A stretch of DNA of 32,000 bases, taken from positions 1,080,001 through 1,112,000 of the forward strand of contig NC_018655.1 in assembly GCF_000299365.1 (NCBI RefSeq), in the 5' to 3' direction. Position 1 is the first letter of the stretch. Each line of letters opens with the position of its first letter. The stretch comes from Candidatus Nitrosopumilus koreensis AR1 (GTDB lineage: Archaea; Thermoproteota; Nitrososphaeria; Nitrososphaerales; Nitrosopumilaceae). A model generated the notes under the pieces. The model saw nothing but the letters and a program-made list of their open reading frames with translations. It was not told where the DNA came from and did no database searches. This document shows positions 1 through 8,278 of the stretch, in pieces. Position numbers and translations under genes: made by a program.

Positions 1-664
1 GCATTACTTCATATTCGATTTGTTTCCAATGGCCAATGTATTCTTCAATTAGTACTTGACCGACTAGGCTTGCTTTTAGACCCCGTTCAACAATCTCATG
101 TAATTCAATCTCGTTGTGGGCAATACCACCACCACGTCCACCAAGAGTATAGGCTACTCGAATTATAACAGGGTATGATAGTTCTTCTGCTATCTTTTTT
201 GCATCATCAAAGTTTGTTACAGTCTTACTTTTGAGCACAGGAACACCTGCCTCAGTCATTTGGTCTTTGAAAAGTTGCCTATCCTCAGTATTTTTGATGC
301 CTTGTACCTGAGTTCCAAGAACATTTACCCCATATTTTTGGAGGATGCCAGCTTCTTCTAGTTTGACACCACAGTTTAGAGCAGTTTGTCCACCATATGC
401 CAACATGATTCCATCAGGTCTTTCTTTTTCAATTATAGATTCAACATACTTGGGGGTTACAGGTAAAAGATACACTTGATCTGCAAATCTTGTATCTGTT
501 TGAATTGTTGCAATATTTGGGTTGATTAATACACTTTTGAGTCCATCTTCACGAATTGCTTTGAGGCATTGACTTCCAGAGTAATCAAATTCTCCAGCTT
601 CGCCAATTTTGATTGCTCCACTACCAAGTACAAGAATTTTCTTCAAAGATTCATTTATTGGCAT
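1..664 (-). CDS. carB: Carbamoyl-phosphate synthase large subunit, N-terminal part (runs off the left edge)
   Basis: Reverse-strand translation from ATG at 664: [37 protein letters not shown]...; a typical CarB N-terminus, immediately downstream of carA. Confidence 0.95.
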   Translation of the reverse strand, partial: [221 protein letters not shown]

Positions 665-668
665 TTTT

Positions 669-1829
669 TTATTTCTCCATTAATTTTTTGAGTTCTTCAA
701 AAACATACTTGCAATCAAAGGGTCCAGGTGCAGCTTCAGGATGAAATTGTACTGCGATACAATTTTTTGTTTTGTGTTTGATTCCTTCAACTGTTTTATC
801 ATCTGCGTTTGTAAACCATAAATTAAATTCTGATTTTTCCAAAGATTCAGGTGTTATTCCATATCCATGATTTTGACTAGTAACATAAACTTGATTTGTT
901 TCCAAGTTCACACATGGTTTGTTTTGACCACGGTGCCCATACTTTAGTTTGTAAGTTTCAGTGTTTCCTGCAAGTCCAATTATTTGAGCACCTAAACAAA
1001 TTCCCAGTGTTGGAATATTGTTTGAAATTAATTGTTTGGCAGTATCAATTGTTGCAGGACAATTTTGTGGATCACCAGGACCACTACTAAGAACAACACC
1101 TTTTGGATTGTAAGACATTATTTTTTCATAAGATGTGTTCCATGGTACAACAATTGCTTTGTATCCAAGTTCTCGAATATTTCTAACAATTGCATTTTTT
1201 GCGCCAGTGTCAATTACAACAACTGTGTCATTTTCATCACCATAGATTTTTTCAGTTTTTGTTGAAACAGAATCCATGAATTGCTCTGTATTGTAATCAG
1301 CAGCTGCTGCCAACTCTTTTTTGACTTTATCAACATCAATCTCTTCATCTGAAACTACAAGAGCAGCCATCATGACACCGCTGCTTCGAAGTTTCTTTGT
1401 GATATCTCTTGTATCGACACCAGATATTCCAGGTACTTTTTCATTATACATCCATTCATCAAGAGTCAGGGATAGATTCCAATGACTTGCAGTAAGGGAT
1501 AGTTCATGTACCACCAAGCCTCTAATTTGCATTTTGTCAGATTCAAAGAATTTGGGTATACCATCTTCATCAGCAATAGTTGGATCGGGAACACCGTAAT
1601 TTCCAACTAGAGGGTAAGTTAGTGTCAAAATTTGTCCATTGTAAGAAGGATCAGTTAACGCTTCAGTATATCCAACCATTCCAGTGTTAAAGACAATTTC
1701 ACCAAAAACAGTTGTAGAATAGCCAAAGCCTTCGCCATCAAAAACAGTCCCATCATCAAAGATCAGCTTTCCATACTTGTTTGCGTGGATTGATTTCTTT
1801 GTAGTAATTGTGACCCTCGTAAAGTCCAC
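669..1829 (-). CDS. carA: Carbamoyl-phosphate synthase small subunit (glutamine amidotransferase)
   Basis: 386 aa; class I amidotransferase motifs (LSSGPGDP, TLGICLGAQ, VAVQFHPEAAPGP-like); 4-nt gap to carB. Confidence 0.95.
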   Translation of the reverse strand: MDFTRVTITTKKSIHANKYGKLIFDDGTVFDGEGFGYSTTVFGEIVFNTGMVGYTEALTDPSYNGQILTLTYPLVGNYGVPDPTIADEDGIPKFFESDKMQIRGLVVHELSLTASHWNLSLTLDEWMYNEKVPGISGVDTRDITKKLRSSGVMMAALVVSDEEIDVDKVKKELAAAADYNTEQFMDSVSTKTEKIYGDENDTVVVIDTGAKNAIVRNIRELGYKAIVVPWNTSYEKIMSYNPKGVVLSSGPGDPQNCPATIDTAKQLISNNIPTLGICLGAQIIGLAGNTETYKLKYGHRGQNKPCVNLETNQVYVTSQNHGYGITPESLEKSEFNLWFTNADDKTVEGIKHKTKNCIAVQFHPEAAPGPFDCKYVFEELKKLMEK

Positions 1830-1891
1830 AAGAAAGCGAATTTAAGTTTTATGTGGATTTGAAAATAGAATTTTTGATCGCAAAAATTTGA

Positions 1892-3085
1892 TTATAGTGC
1901 TTGGAACTCTTCGCTCCATTTGTGATATGCACGAATCATTTCAGTTGAAACACTTGGTTTTCTTCTTGCCATGATATCTTTGAAATCAGCTGTAGTGAGT
2001 TCTCTTGGTTGAACTGGTTCTTCACCCTCAATTGGTTCATGATAATCAGGAGCATTGAAAATCTCATGGACTGTTTTAATCTGAGCAGCTTGACATATGT
2101 CTTTGATGTCACTAGCGCTGTAACCATCAAATAGTTTTGCTAATTCAGAGGGATTAACTTTGTAGTCTTTATTTAGTTTAGCAGTGTATTGTTTGAATAG
2201 ATTTTCTCGTGCTGCTTGTGTTGGTAATGATACATAAATTCTCTTTTGGAATCTTCTGAGGAAAGGCCAATCAAGACTCCAGGGTTTGTTTGTGGCACCA
2301 ATTACATACATCATCAAATCTTTCCCTTTACCATTTACACCATCCATCTCAGTTAGGAATTGATTTTTGGTTCTAACTTCTCCGCCAACTTCGCTGTTTC
2401 TAGAACCCAACAGAGAGTCAACTTCATCTACAAACAAAATAACAGGCTTGCCTTCTTTTTCAGCATATTGTCTTGCCATAGAGAATAATTTTGAAACATT
2501 TTTCTCTGCCTCACCTAACCATTTGCTCATCATAGAAGATGCATCAACATTGATGAAATACCCATCCATTTCGTTTGCCGTGGCAGCTGCAAGCATTGTT
2601 TTACCAGTTCCAGGTGGCCCATAAAGTAACATTCCTTTAGGCCATCCCAATGGGAACAAATCAGGCCTTTTAGTTGGATAAACAATAGATTCACGTAATG
2701 CGCTTTTAGCATCATCCAAACCAATAACTTGGTCCCAAGTTACATCTGGTTTTTCTTTCATGATTAATTCTTCAAAATCATTTTCGTTTTCTTGTCTTTG
2801 AACAGATTTCTTTTGTTCTTCTTCAGAAGCTTTAGGATCCACTGCAGGCTCAACACCATGTGCCTGTTGTAATGCATTGATTCTATTATGATAAGAGTTA
2901 CATCTTTCTTTGTAAATTTGGTTTAGTTTACTGGTAGGATATAATTGCAGTAATTTTACCAAAGCATCAATTGCATGTTGGTAATGAGCAATTGCCATGC
3001 CACGAGCGCCTTGAGAATCGAACTTGATAGCCTCAGAGGCATATTTGCTTGCAGTATTTTCTAATTCTTGGGGAGCCATACTCAT
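1892..3085 (-). CDS. cdvC: AAA+ ATPase CdvC, Vps4-like, with N-terminal MIT-like domain
   Basis: 397 aa; Walker A GPPGTGKT, Walker B VILFVDEVDS, N-terminal MIT-like helical region (ENTASKYASEAIKFDSQGARGMAIAHYQHAIDALVKL), Vps4-like C-terminus. Confidence 0.9.
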   Translation of the reverse strand: MSMAPQELENTASKYASEAIKFDSQGARGMAIAHYQHAIDALVKLLQLYPTSKLNQIYKERCNSYHNRINALQQAHGVEPAVDPKASEEEQKKSVQRQENENDFEELIMKEKPDVTWDQVIGLDDAKSALRESIVYPTKRPDLFPLGWPKGMLLYGPPGTGKTMLAAATANEMDGYFINVDASSMMSKWLGEAEKNVSKLFSMARQYAEKEGKPVILFVDEVDSLLGSRNSEVGGEVRTKNQFLTEMDGVNGKGKDLMMYVIGATNKPWSLDWPFLRRFQKRIYVSLPTQAARENLFKQYTAKLNKDYKVNPSELAKLFDGYSASDIKDICQAAQIKTVHEIFNAPDYHEPIEGEEPVQPRELTTADFKDIMARRKPSVSTEMIRAYHKWSEEFQAL

Positions 3086-3095
3086 CTCATATTAC

Positions 3096-3587
3096 CTACG
3101 CAGTATTCTCTAGAGAATTTTGTTGGTATCCTACAGTGTTAATCTCTGTAGCAAAATTGGTTAAATTAATTGCACTTGTTTCATGTTCATTATATTCAGG
3201 ACCGTCATGATATTTGCTCTTAAAATCAGATTTTTCTGAGATATCCACATGGATTCCCTTTACCTTGCTAATAGAATCCTCAGCGGACATTATCAGTTCA
3301 GAGATTTCATCATCCAAGTCTTCAATAGAACCAGCTGCATCTGAAATTACAGACACAAAATACTTGAGAATCGAACGCATCTCTTTTTTATCAGCATGTT
3401 TGACTAACAAGAAATCTGCAATTCCTACAATCTTGTTTAAATCTTGTAGTTCTTCTAGGGTTAATTTTTCAATGTTTTTGTCATCAGAAGATTTGGCTTC
3501 AGAAATTTTCTTATCAATTTTAGATGAAAGTGATTTTATACGTTCTAAGTCTCTTGTAAAATCACGTTTAGAGTTTAATACATTCAA
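3096..3587 (-). CDS. Uncharacterised helical protein in the cdvC operon
   Basis: 163 aa ORF with TTG start at 3587 overlapping the upstream gene's TGA (TTGA); 10 nt upstream of cdvC; charged, helix-rich composition. Confidence 0.7.
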   Translation of the reverse strand: MNVLNSKRDFTRDLERIKSLSSKIDKKISEAKSSDDKNIEKLTLEELQDLNKIVGIADFLLVKHADKKEMRSILKYFVSVISDAAGSIEDLDDEISELIMSAEDSISKVKGIHVDISEKSDFKSKYHDGPEYNEHETSAINLTNFATEINTVGYQQNSLENTA

Positions 3588-4141
3588 GTATTACATAATT
3601 TAAAAAAATCAACATTAGGATACTGCTTACTTATTTTAGAGTCCACCATCAATTTTACTTTATCAAGCAATGTTGAAGATTCAGTGTTTGATTGACTAAA
3701 ATCAAAGCTAGCGTGAGTAAGAGCTGCGGAATCAAGTACAATACTACCTAAATGGACAGAAAGTTCTGAGAGTTTTTGGCTAGAATCAGGAACCAATTCA
3801 TAGAGTTGGGCACTAATTGTTCGAATAAGAGGTATAGAAGAAGGCAAAACCTTAGGGATGGATTGAATGTTTGTAATGCTTTTAGTCTTTCTTTTTGCAA
3901 TAGTTAAAATCTCAAGTGAAAACGCCATTATTCGTTCAATCTCAATTGCTTGAAGATGCGTCTTGTTTGTCTCATCAAAATCAAAAACCAAATCTTTGTT
4001 TGATTGTTTCAAAGCATCTCTTTTTTGAGAAATAACAGACACAATCTCATCAAGTAAAGAAGTAGAATAATCCAATCTAGGAGTCAATGTAACAGAATGA
4101 GAAATATTTTCATTATCCATCCTCACACACTTAACCGACAT
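3584..4141 (-). CDS. Uncharacterised protein, candidate divergent ESCRT-III/CdvB-like
   Basis: 185 aa; the segment IRTISAQLYELVPDSSQKLSELSVHLGSIVLDSAALTHASFDFSQSNTESSTLLDKVKLMVDSKISKQYP resembles the helical core of archaeal CdvB by eye; first gene of the cdvC operon. Confidence 0.65.
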   Translation of the reverse strand: MSVKCVRMDNENISHSVTLTPRLDYSTSLLDEIVSVISQKRDALKQSNKDLVFDFDETNKTHLQAIEIERIMAFSLEILTIAKRKTKSITNIQSIPKVLPSSIPLIRTISAQLYELVPDSSQKLSELSVHLGSIVLDSAALTHASFDFSQSNTESSTLLDKVKLMVDSKISKQYPNVDFFKLCNT

Positions 4142-4297
4142 GATGGTTTTCTCTAGATTTTGTATTTGAGGACGATGTCACAATTAATTTAGTAACCACA
4201 GTTACACCTGTCTGTAGATACAATTTTGATTTTTTTTGAGTATTTGTGTAAAGGAATTTAGCTCTCAATTTTACCTAATAACAAATTAACCATAATC

Positions 4298-5458
4298 ATG
4301 GTCAATGAGCACGCATTAACAGTTAGCCTTGAAGAATTTGGCTTGAGTAAATATGAAGCACAAGCATATGTAGCATTAATTGCTAAAGGTACAATTTCAG
4401 CAGGAGAATTAGCATATTATTCAGAAATACCAAGAACCAAGATTTATCCAACTTTACTCAAACTTGAAAACAAGAAGCTGGCAATAATCTCAAAAAGTAA
4501 GCCAATAATGTGTACAGCTATTGCTCCTGAAGATGCATTTGATGGAATTATTCATGAGCAAATTAACAAAGTAAATGCAATGAACTCACTAGTATCAAAC
4601 CTCAAAAAGGCAAGTGAAGAAAGTAGAAAATCAAGAGGATCAGAAGAGAAGAGATATTTTCACATTAGTGCAAATAACGTATTAGAGCAACTTCAAACCA
4701 TGATTGAAGGAAGTAAATCATCAATCAAAATTATGGCAGATCAATGGGGTTTTGGATTATTGGCAGAATGTAAAGAACAGCTAGTGTCAGTCTTACGTCG
4801 AAACTTAGACGTTAAGGTATTAGTTTCACCAGCACAAATCTGCTCAGAATCATACAGAGCAATTCCAGATGGAATAGAAATCAGAGCTTCAGATACTACA
4901 CAGAATTGTTTTATTTTTGATGAAACAGAATTACTAATGATAAACAATGACAATGGCAAAGCAGCAGTATTTTCATCAACAGATATTCTTGGAGTGAATC
5001 AGGAGAAAGTGTTTTCACAGGTTTGGAAAAATGCAACAAAAACAAAAGCACTTGCAGACATGACAAAAGTAGAGGCACAAGAAATTTACAAAATTATCAA
5101 AACAATAAACGAGATAGGGTTGACACATATTCTAAACTCTACAATGTTTTCAAAAAAACCAGAATTTGATTTATTCAAACTATTAGAAAAAAATGGTGTT
5201 TCTTTAAAATCAAAGTCACTAGATGATATTATTGAAATGATGGATGCAGTATTACAGATTACATGTTCAGGACATGTGAATTTTGAGGCAAACACAAAAA
5301 ACATCACAGTTGAATCAAAGCTAAATAGTGGTCATTCTTTGCCATGGGTTTCAGTTTTGGATAATTGTCTACAAAAACAAGGATACAAAACAAGAAAAAT
5401 TTTCCAAAACAACTCAAACAAAGGCGAAAAAGTACACATCAAAATAAGTAAAAACTAA
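4298..5458 (+). CDS. TrmB-family transcriptional regulator with long C-terminal extension
   Basis: 386 aa; N-terminal winged helix FGLSKYEAQAYVALIAKGTISAGELAYYSEIPRTKIYPTLLKLENKKLA typical of TrmB, followed by an effector-like domain. Confidence 0.85.
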   Translation: MVNEHALTVSLEEFGLSKYEAQAYVALIAKGTISAGELAYYSEIPRTKIYPTLLKLENKKLAIISKSKPIMCTAIAPEDAFDGIIHEQINKVNAMNSLVSNLKKASEESRKSRGSEEKRYFHISANNVLEQLQTMIEGSKSSIKIMADQWGFGLLAECKEQLVSVLRRNLDVKVLVSPAQICSESYRAIPDGIEIRASDTTQNCFIFDETELLMINNDNGKAAVFSSTDILGVNQEKVFSQVWKNATKTKALADMTKVEAQEIYKIIKTINEIGLTHILNSTMFSKKPEFDLFKLLEKNGVSLKSKSLDDIIEMMDAVLQITCSGHVNFEANTKNITVESKLNSGHSLPWVSVLDNCLQKQGYKTRKIFQNNSNKGEKVHIKISKN

Positions 5459-5485
5459 AATCAGACTAAAAAACGCAAAATCGTA

Positions 5486-5941
5486 TTGTCTGAAGAAAAA
5501 CTCAAAGAATTAGGAATAGAGTTACCAGAAGCACCAGTTCCTGCAGGAAATTATATTCCAGCCATCAAAACAGGAAATTTACTTTTCATATCAGGTCAAA
5601 TTCCACTAGAAAACGGCAAAGTAGCATATACAGGAAAAGTTTCTGATGACAATCTAGAAACTGCTCAGAAATCAGCAAAAAGTTGTGCCATAAACATACT
5701 AGCCCAAATCAAAAGAGAGGTTGGAAGTTTGGATAAAGTAACAAGAGTTGTAAGGCTGTCAGGATTTGTAAATTCAGTTCCAGAATTTTCCCAACAACCA
5801 AAAGTGATTAATCCTGCATCAGACTTGATGTTTGAAGTTTTTGGAGACAATGGAAAACATTCAAGAATTGCAGTAGGAGTTGCAAGTTTACCACTTGACT
5901 CAATGACTGAGATTGATGCAATAGTTGAGATTTCTGAATGA
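5486..5941 (+). CDS. ridA: RidA family (YjgF/YER057c/UK114) protein, putative reactive intermediate deaminase
   Basis: 151 aa, TTG start; GNLLFISGQIPLENG, AAKSCAINILAQIKREVGSLDKVTRVVRLSGFVNS, SRIAVGVASLPLDSMTEIDAIVEI-like motifs. Confidence 0.85.
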   Translation: MSEEKLKELGIELPEAPVPAGNYIPAIKTGNLLFISGQIPLENGKVAYTGKVSDDNLETAQKSAKSCAINILAQIKREVGSLDKVTRVVRLSGFVNSVPEFSQQPKVINPASDLMFEVFGDNGKHSRIAVGVASLPLDSMTEIDAIVEISE

Positions 5942-5982
5942 TTTGGAAATTTTCTTAAATACATTTTCAAAGAAAATTCATC

Positions 5983-6180
5983 ATGGTTCAGATGTGTAAA
6001 GGATTATGCGAGAGAGCAAAATCAACTTCATTTAGAAATAACCTTCGTTACAAAATCGGACAAAAATGGTGCTCTCTGTGTGCAATATTTTTTCTTACAG
6101 AAGAACACACATGTCCATGTTGCAAAACAAGATTAAGATCAAGGGCCAGAAGTAAGAAACATGACTTGCCAAGAATGTAG
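5983..6180 (+). CDS. Small zinc-ribbon-like protein
   Basis: 65 aa; paired cysteines WCSLC...TCPCC plus CKGLC at the N-terminus; basic C-terminus. Confidence 0.6.
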   Translation: MVQMCKGLCERAKSTSFRNNLRYKIGQKWCSLCAIFFLTEEHTCPCCKTRLRSRARSKKHDLPRM

Positions 6181-6295
6181 TCATGAAAAAGGAAAATGTC
6201 AATGTTACTGCTGCTGTTCAATTTCCCAAATAGGATGTCCCTATTGCATACCTCCAGTTCTAGCATACAGACAGATAAAAAAATTGATGAGATGA
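6161..6295 (+). CDS. Candidate Cys-rich microprotein (44 aa), not in the supplied ORF track
   Basis: ATG at 6161 to TGA at 6293-6295: MTCQECSHEKGKCQCYCCCSISQIGCPYCIPPVLAYRQIKKLMR; 9 Cys in 44 residues; overlaps the end of the preceding ORF by 20 nt. Confidence 0.45.
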   Translation: MTCQECSHEKGKCQCYCCCSISQIGCPYCIPPVLAYRQIKKLMR

Positions 6296-6337
6296 CTCAG
6301 GAATAAACCTAAATGATTCAAATACCAAGACCGCCTA

Positions 6338-6706
6338 TTGAAGTATTTAGAAGAAATAGAATCTGAAAAATATATCTCAGTTGAGACATATAAGAAAAAT
6401 GGAACCCCTGTCAGAACTCCAGTATGGTTTACAATTAAGGACAATCAAATTTTTGTGGTGACTCGGGTTCAAACAGGAAAGGTAAAGCGACTTAAAAACA
6501 ACACTCAAGTTAAAATTGCAACATATACAATCAAGGGCGACATTAAAGGAAAGTGGTTTTCAGGAACTGTAGAAATTTTAGATGCTGAAAAAACCAAAGA
6601 TGCAATAAAGAGAAGAGACAAAAAATATGGGTTTTTTTCTAAAATGGCAAAATTCTTGACTAAAAGCAAAGGAGAACTGTTGGCATTTTCAATTAAAATA
6701 AAATGA
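6338..6706 (+). CDS. PPOX-class (F420/FMN-dependent) oxidoreductase
   Basis: 122 aa; split-barrel signature YISVETYKKNGTPVRTPVWFTIKDNQIFVVTRVQTGKVKRLKNNTQVKIATY. Confidence 0.8.
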   Translation: MKYLEEIESEKYISVETYKKNGTPVRTPVWFTIKDNQIFVVTRVQTGKVKRLKNNTQVKIATYTIKGDIKGKWFSGTVEILDAEKTKDAIKRRDKKYGFFSKMAKFLTKSKGELLAFSIKIK

Positions 6707-6792
6707 ATGGTATTTAGTTTTATCAGACACGCAAGAATTTCAAAATACTAAAAAAATCCCAGATATTTTACAATAATTATTTAATTTTTTAT

Positions 6793-7927
6793 TTAATTCT
6801 GTAACGAATTTTTTATTTTTGGTTTTGGTATCACTGCACCACATGCTTTATCATGTCCACCACCAGAGCCGCCAAGATCGGTAGCTAACACATTAACAAT
6901 TTTTCCCAAATGAACTTTACAATTTTTAGAACCACGAACTGAAACTGCATAGATTCCATGATCAACTCTTTCTTTGTATGCAACACCTACATCTTTGCCA
7001 GATAAGCCCATTACAAAATTCACAGCACCACTAGCACCAGCATCAGTAATCTCCATGTATCCAAGATTTTTCATGGTTTTCATACCTGCTTTTACTTTGG
7101 CAATCATTTGAGAAAGTTTCTCGACTTGAATTTGTGCAAACTCAAAGGTGTTGGGAATATCATGAGGGAATTTAGATTCGGCTAATTCCTCTACCAAGTA
7201 TAATAGATAATCAGGTTCCTTTTGATGACCTACAATATTGTAGGTTAAAACAGTAGCACTGATGAGTGCAAATTGTCTGTCATACATTTGAAGTAATTTT
7301 GCACCCAATGGTCTATCTTCCATATAATCAGTAATGGCAGCACATGTTGCAACAAAAGTTGCATGTTCATTTAATTTTGATTTAAAGGCATTGTAAACTT
7401 GAACAGTAGTACATTCATTTATGTCATGGATCACTTTGACTTTGATTTTTTGTAGCGATTTTACAACATCAGGATCAATATCATGATGATCAATATAGGT
7501 AATGGAGACCTTATTTTTTCTCAAAGATTTCATAATATCAATAAATTCATCTTGAGTCTTTTTACTTAGACCCAAATCACAAATGTATAATGATTTTAGT
7601 TTTTCATCGTTAACTACTTGTTGTAATGCTTCCATTTGTCCTGGATAGTCTACTAATATTGCATCACCACCAAATGCTTGTCGAATTAATGCTGCAGAGC
7701 TAATACCGTCAGCATCTTCTTTATGAGAAATACAAATTACTTTAGTACGCTTTAATGTTTTTTTTGTAGTTGTTTTTTTAGGTGTTTTTTTTGCAGTTTT
7801 GTTTTTTAGGTTGTTTTTTTGTCAGTTGTTTTTTTAGGTGTTTTTTTTGTCAGTTGTTTTTTTAGGTGTTTTTTTTGCAGTTGTTTTTTTGGTAACAGAT
7901 TTCTTTGTTTTTTGATGCAGCCAACAT
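6793..7927 (-). CDS. DHH-family phosphoesterase with Lys/Thr-rich N-terminal repeat leader; N-terminus frame-disrupted
   Basis: The 280-aa track ORF extends upstream in frame through RTKVICISHKEDADGISSAALIRQAFGGDAILVDYPGQMEALQQ (DHH motif I), with downstream DHH motifs ICDLGL and TYIDHHDIDP. The frame stays open only to an in-frame TGA at 7822-7824 inside a 27-28 nt repeat. A likely ATG start lies at 7927 in another frame. Confidence 0.75.
7766..7890 (-). repeat. Imperfect short tandem repeat, about 27-29 nt unit, coding for KKTPKKTT-type repeats
   Basis: Read on the minus strand: GCAAAAAAAACACCTAAAAAAACAACT, then GACAAAAAAAACACCTAAAAAAACAACT, then GACAAAAAAACAACCTAAAAAACAAAACT, then GCAAAAAAAACACCTAAAAAAACAACT. 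Confidence 0.85.
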
Positions 7928-7967
7928 CAAGAAAAATTACAATCCCTCATTTAAATGAAGAATGATG

Positions 7968-8159
7968 CTAAGATTTTCTAGATGGTTTTTTGATACTTTG
8001 ATTTATCAGAGAACTTGAATCAAGATATACTTCATAAAGGGAAAGACCTTCCATCTGGTTTTGATGATCAATTTCTTGAATTTTTTTCAATTCATCATCA
8101 GATGCATTAAGTACTAGATCATCAAGTTTTTGCAAATTTTTACGCTCATCAGGAGTCAT
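7968..8159 (-). CDS. Small acidic hypothetical protein
   Basis: 63 aa ORF: MTPDERKNLQKLDDLVLNASDDELKKIQEIDHQNQMEGLSLYEVYLDSSSLINQSIKKPSRKS; fills the gap between the DHH gene and the divergent citrate synthase. Confidence 0.6.
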   Translation of the reverse strand: MTPDERKNLQKLDDLVLNASDDELKKIQEIDHQNQMEGLSLYEVYLDSSSLINQSIKKPSRKS

Positions 8160-8278
8160 TTAATTTTTGATTAAAAATTCTCATTTAGGGTCAAAAGTTG
8201 GTATATTAGACTAATTACTAAATTTCATAGACACCGTTTTAGCTAAAATATAATAGAAGAATTTTTGCTAGGCTTAGT

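Noticed and set aside
3214-3603. 129-aa plus-strand ORF
   Set aside because: Fully antisense to the 163-aa operon gene, with low-complexity Ser/Ile-rich translation typical of shadow ORFs.
7766-7890. Regular repeats that could suggest CRISPR or intergenic satellite
   Set aside because: No unique spacers. Units are contiguous and translate as KKTPKKTT-type repeats in the DHH gene frame, so this is a coding low-complexity tract.
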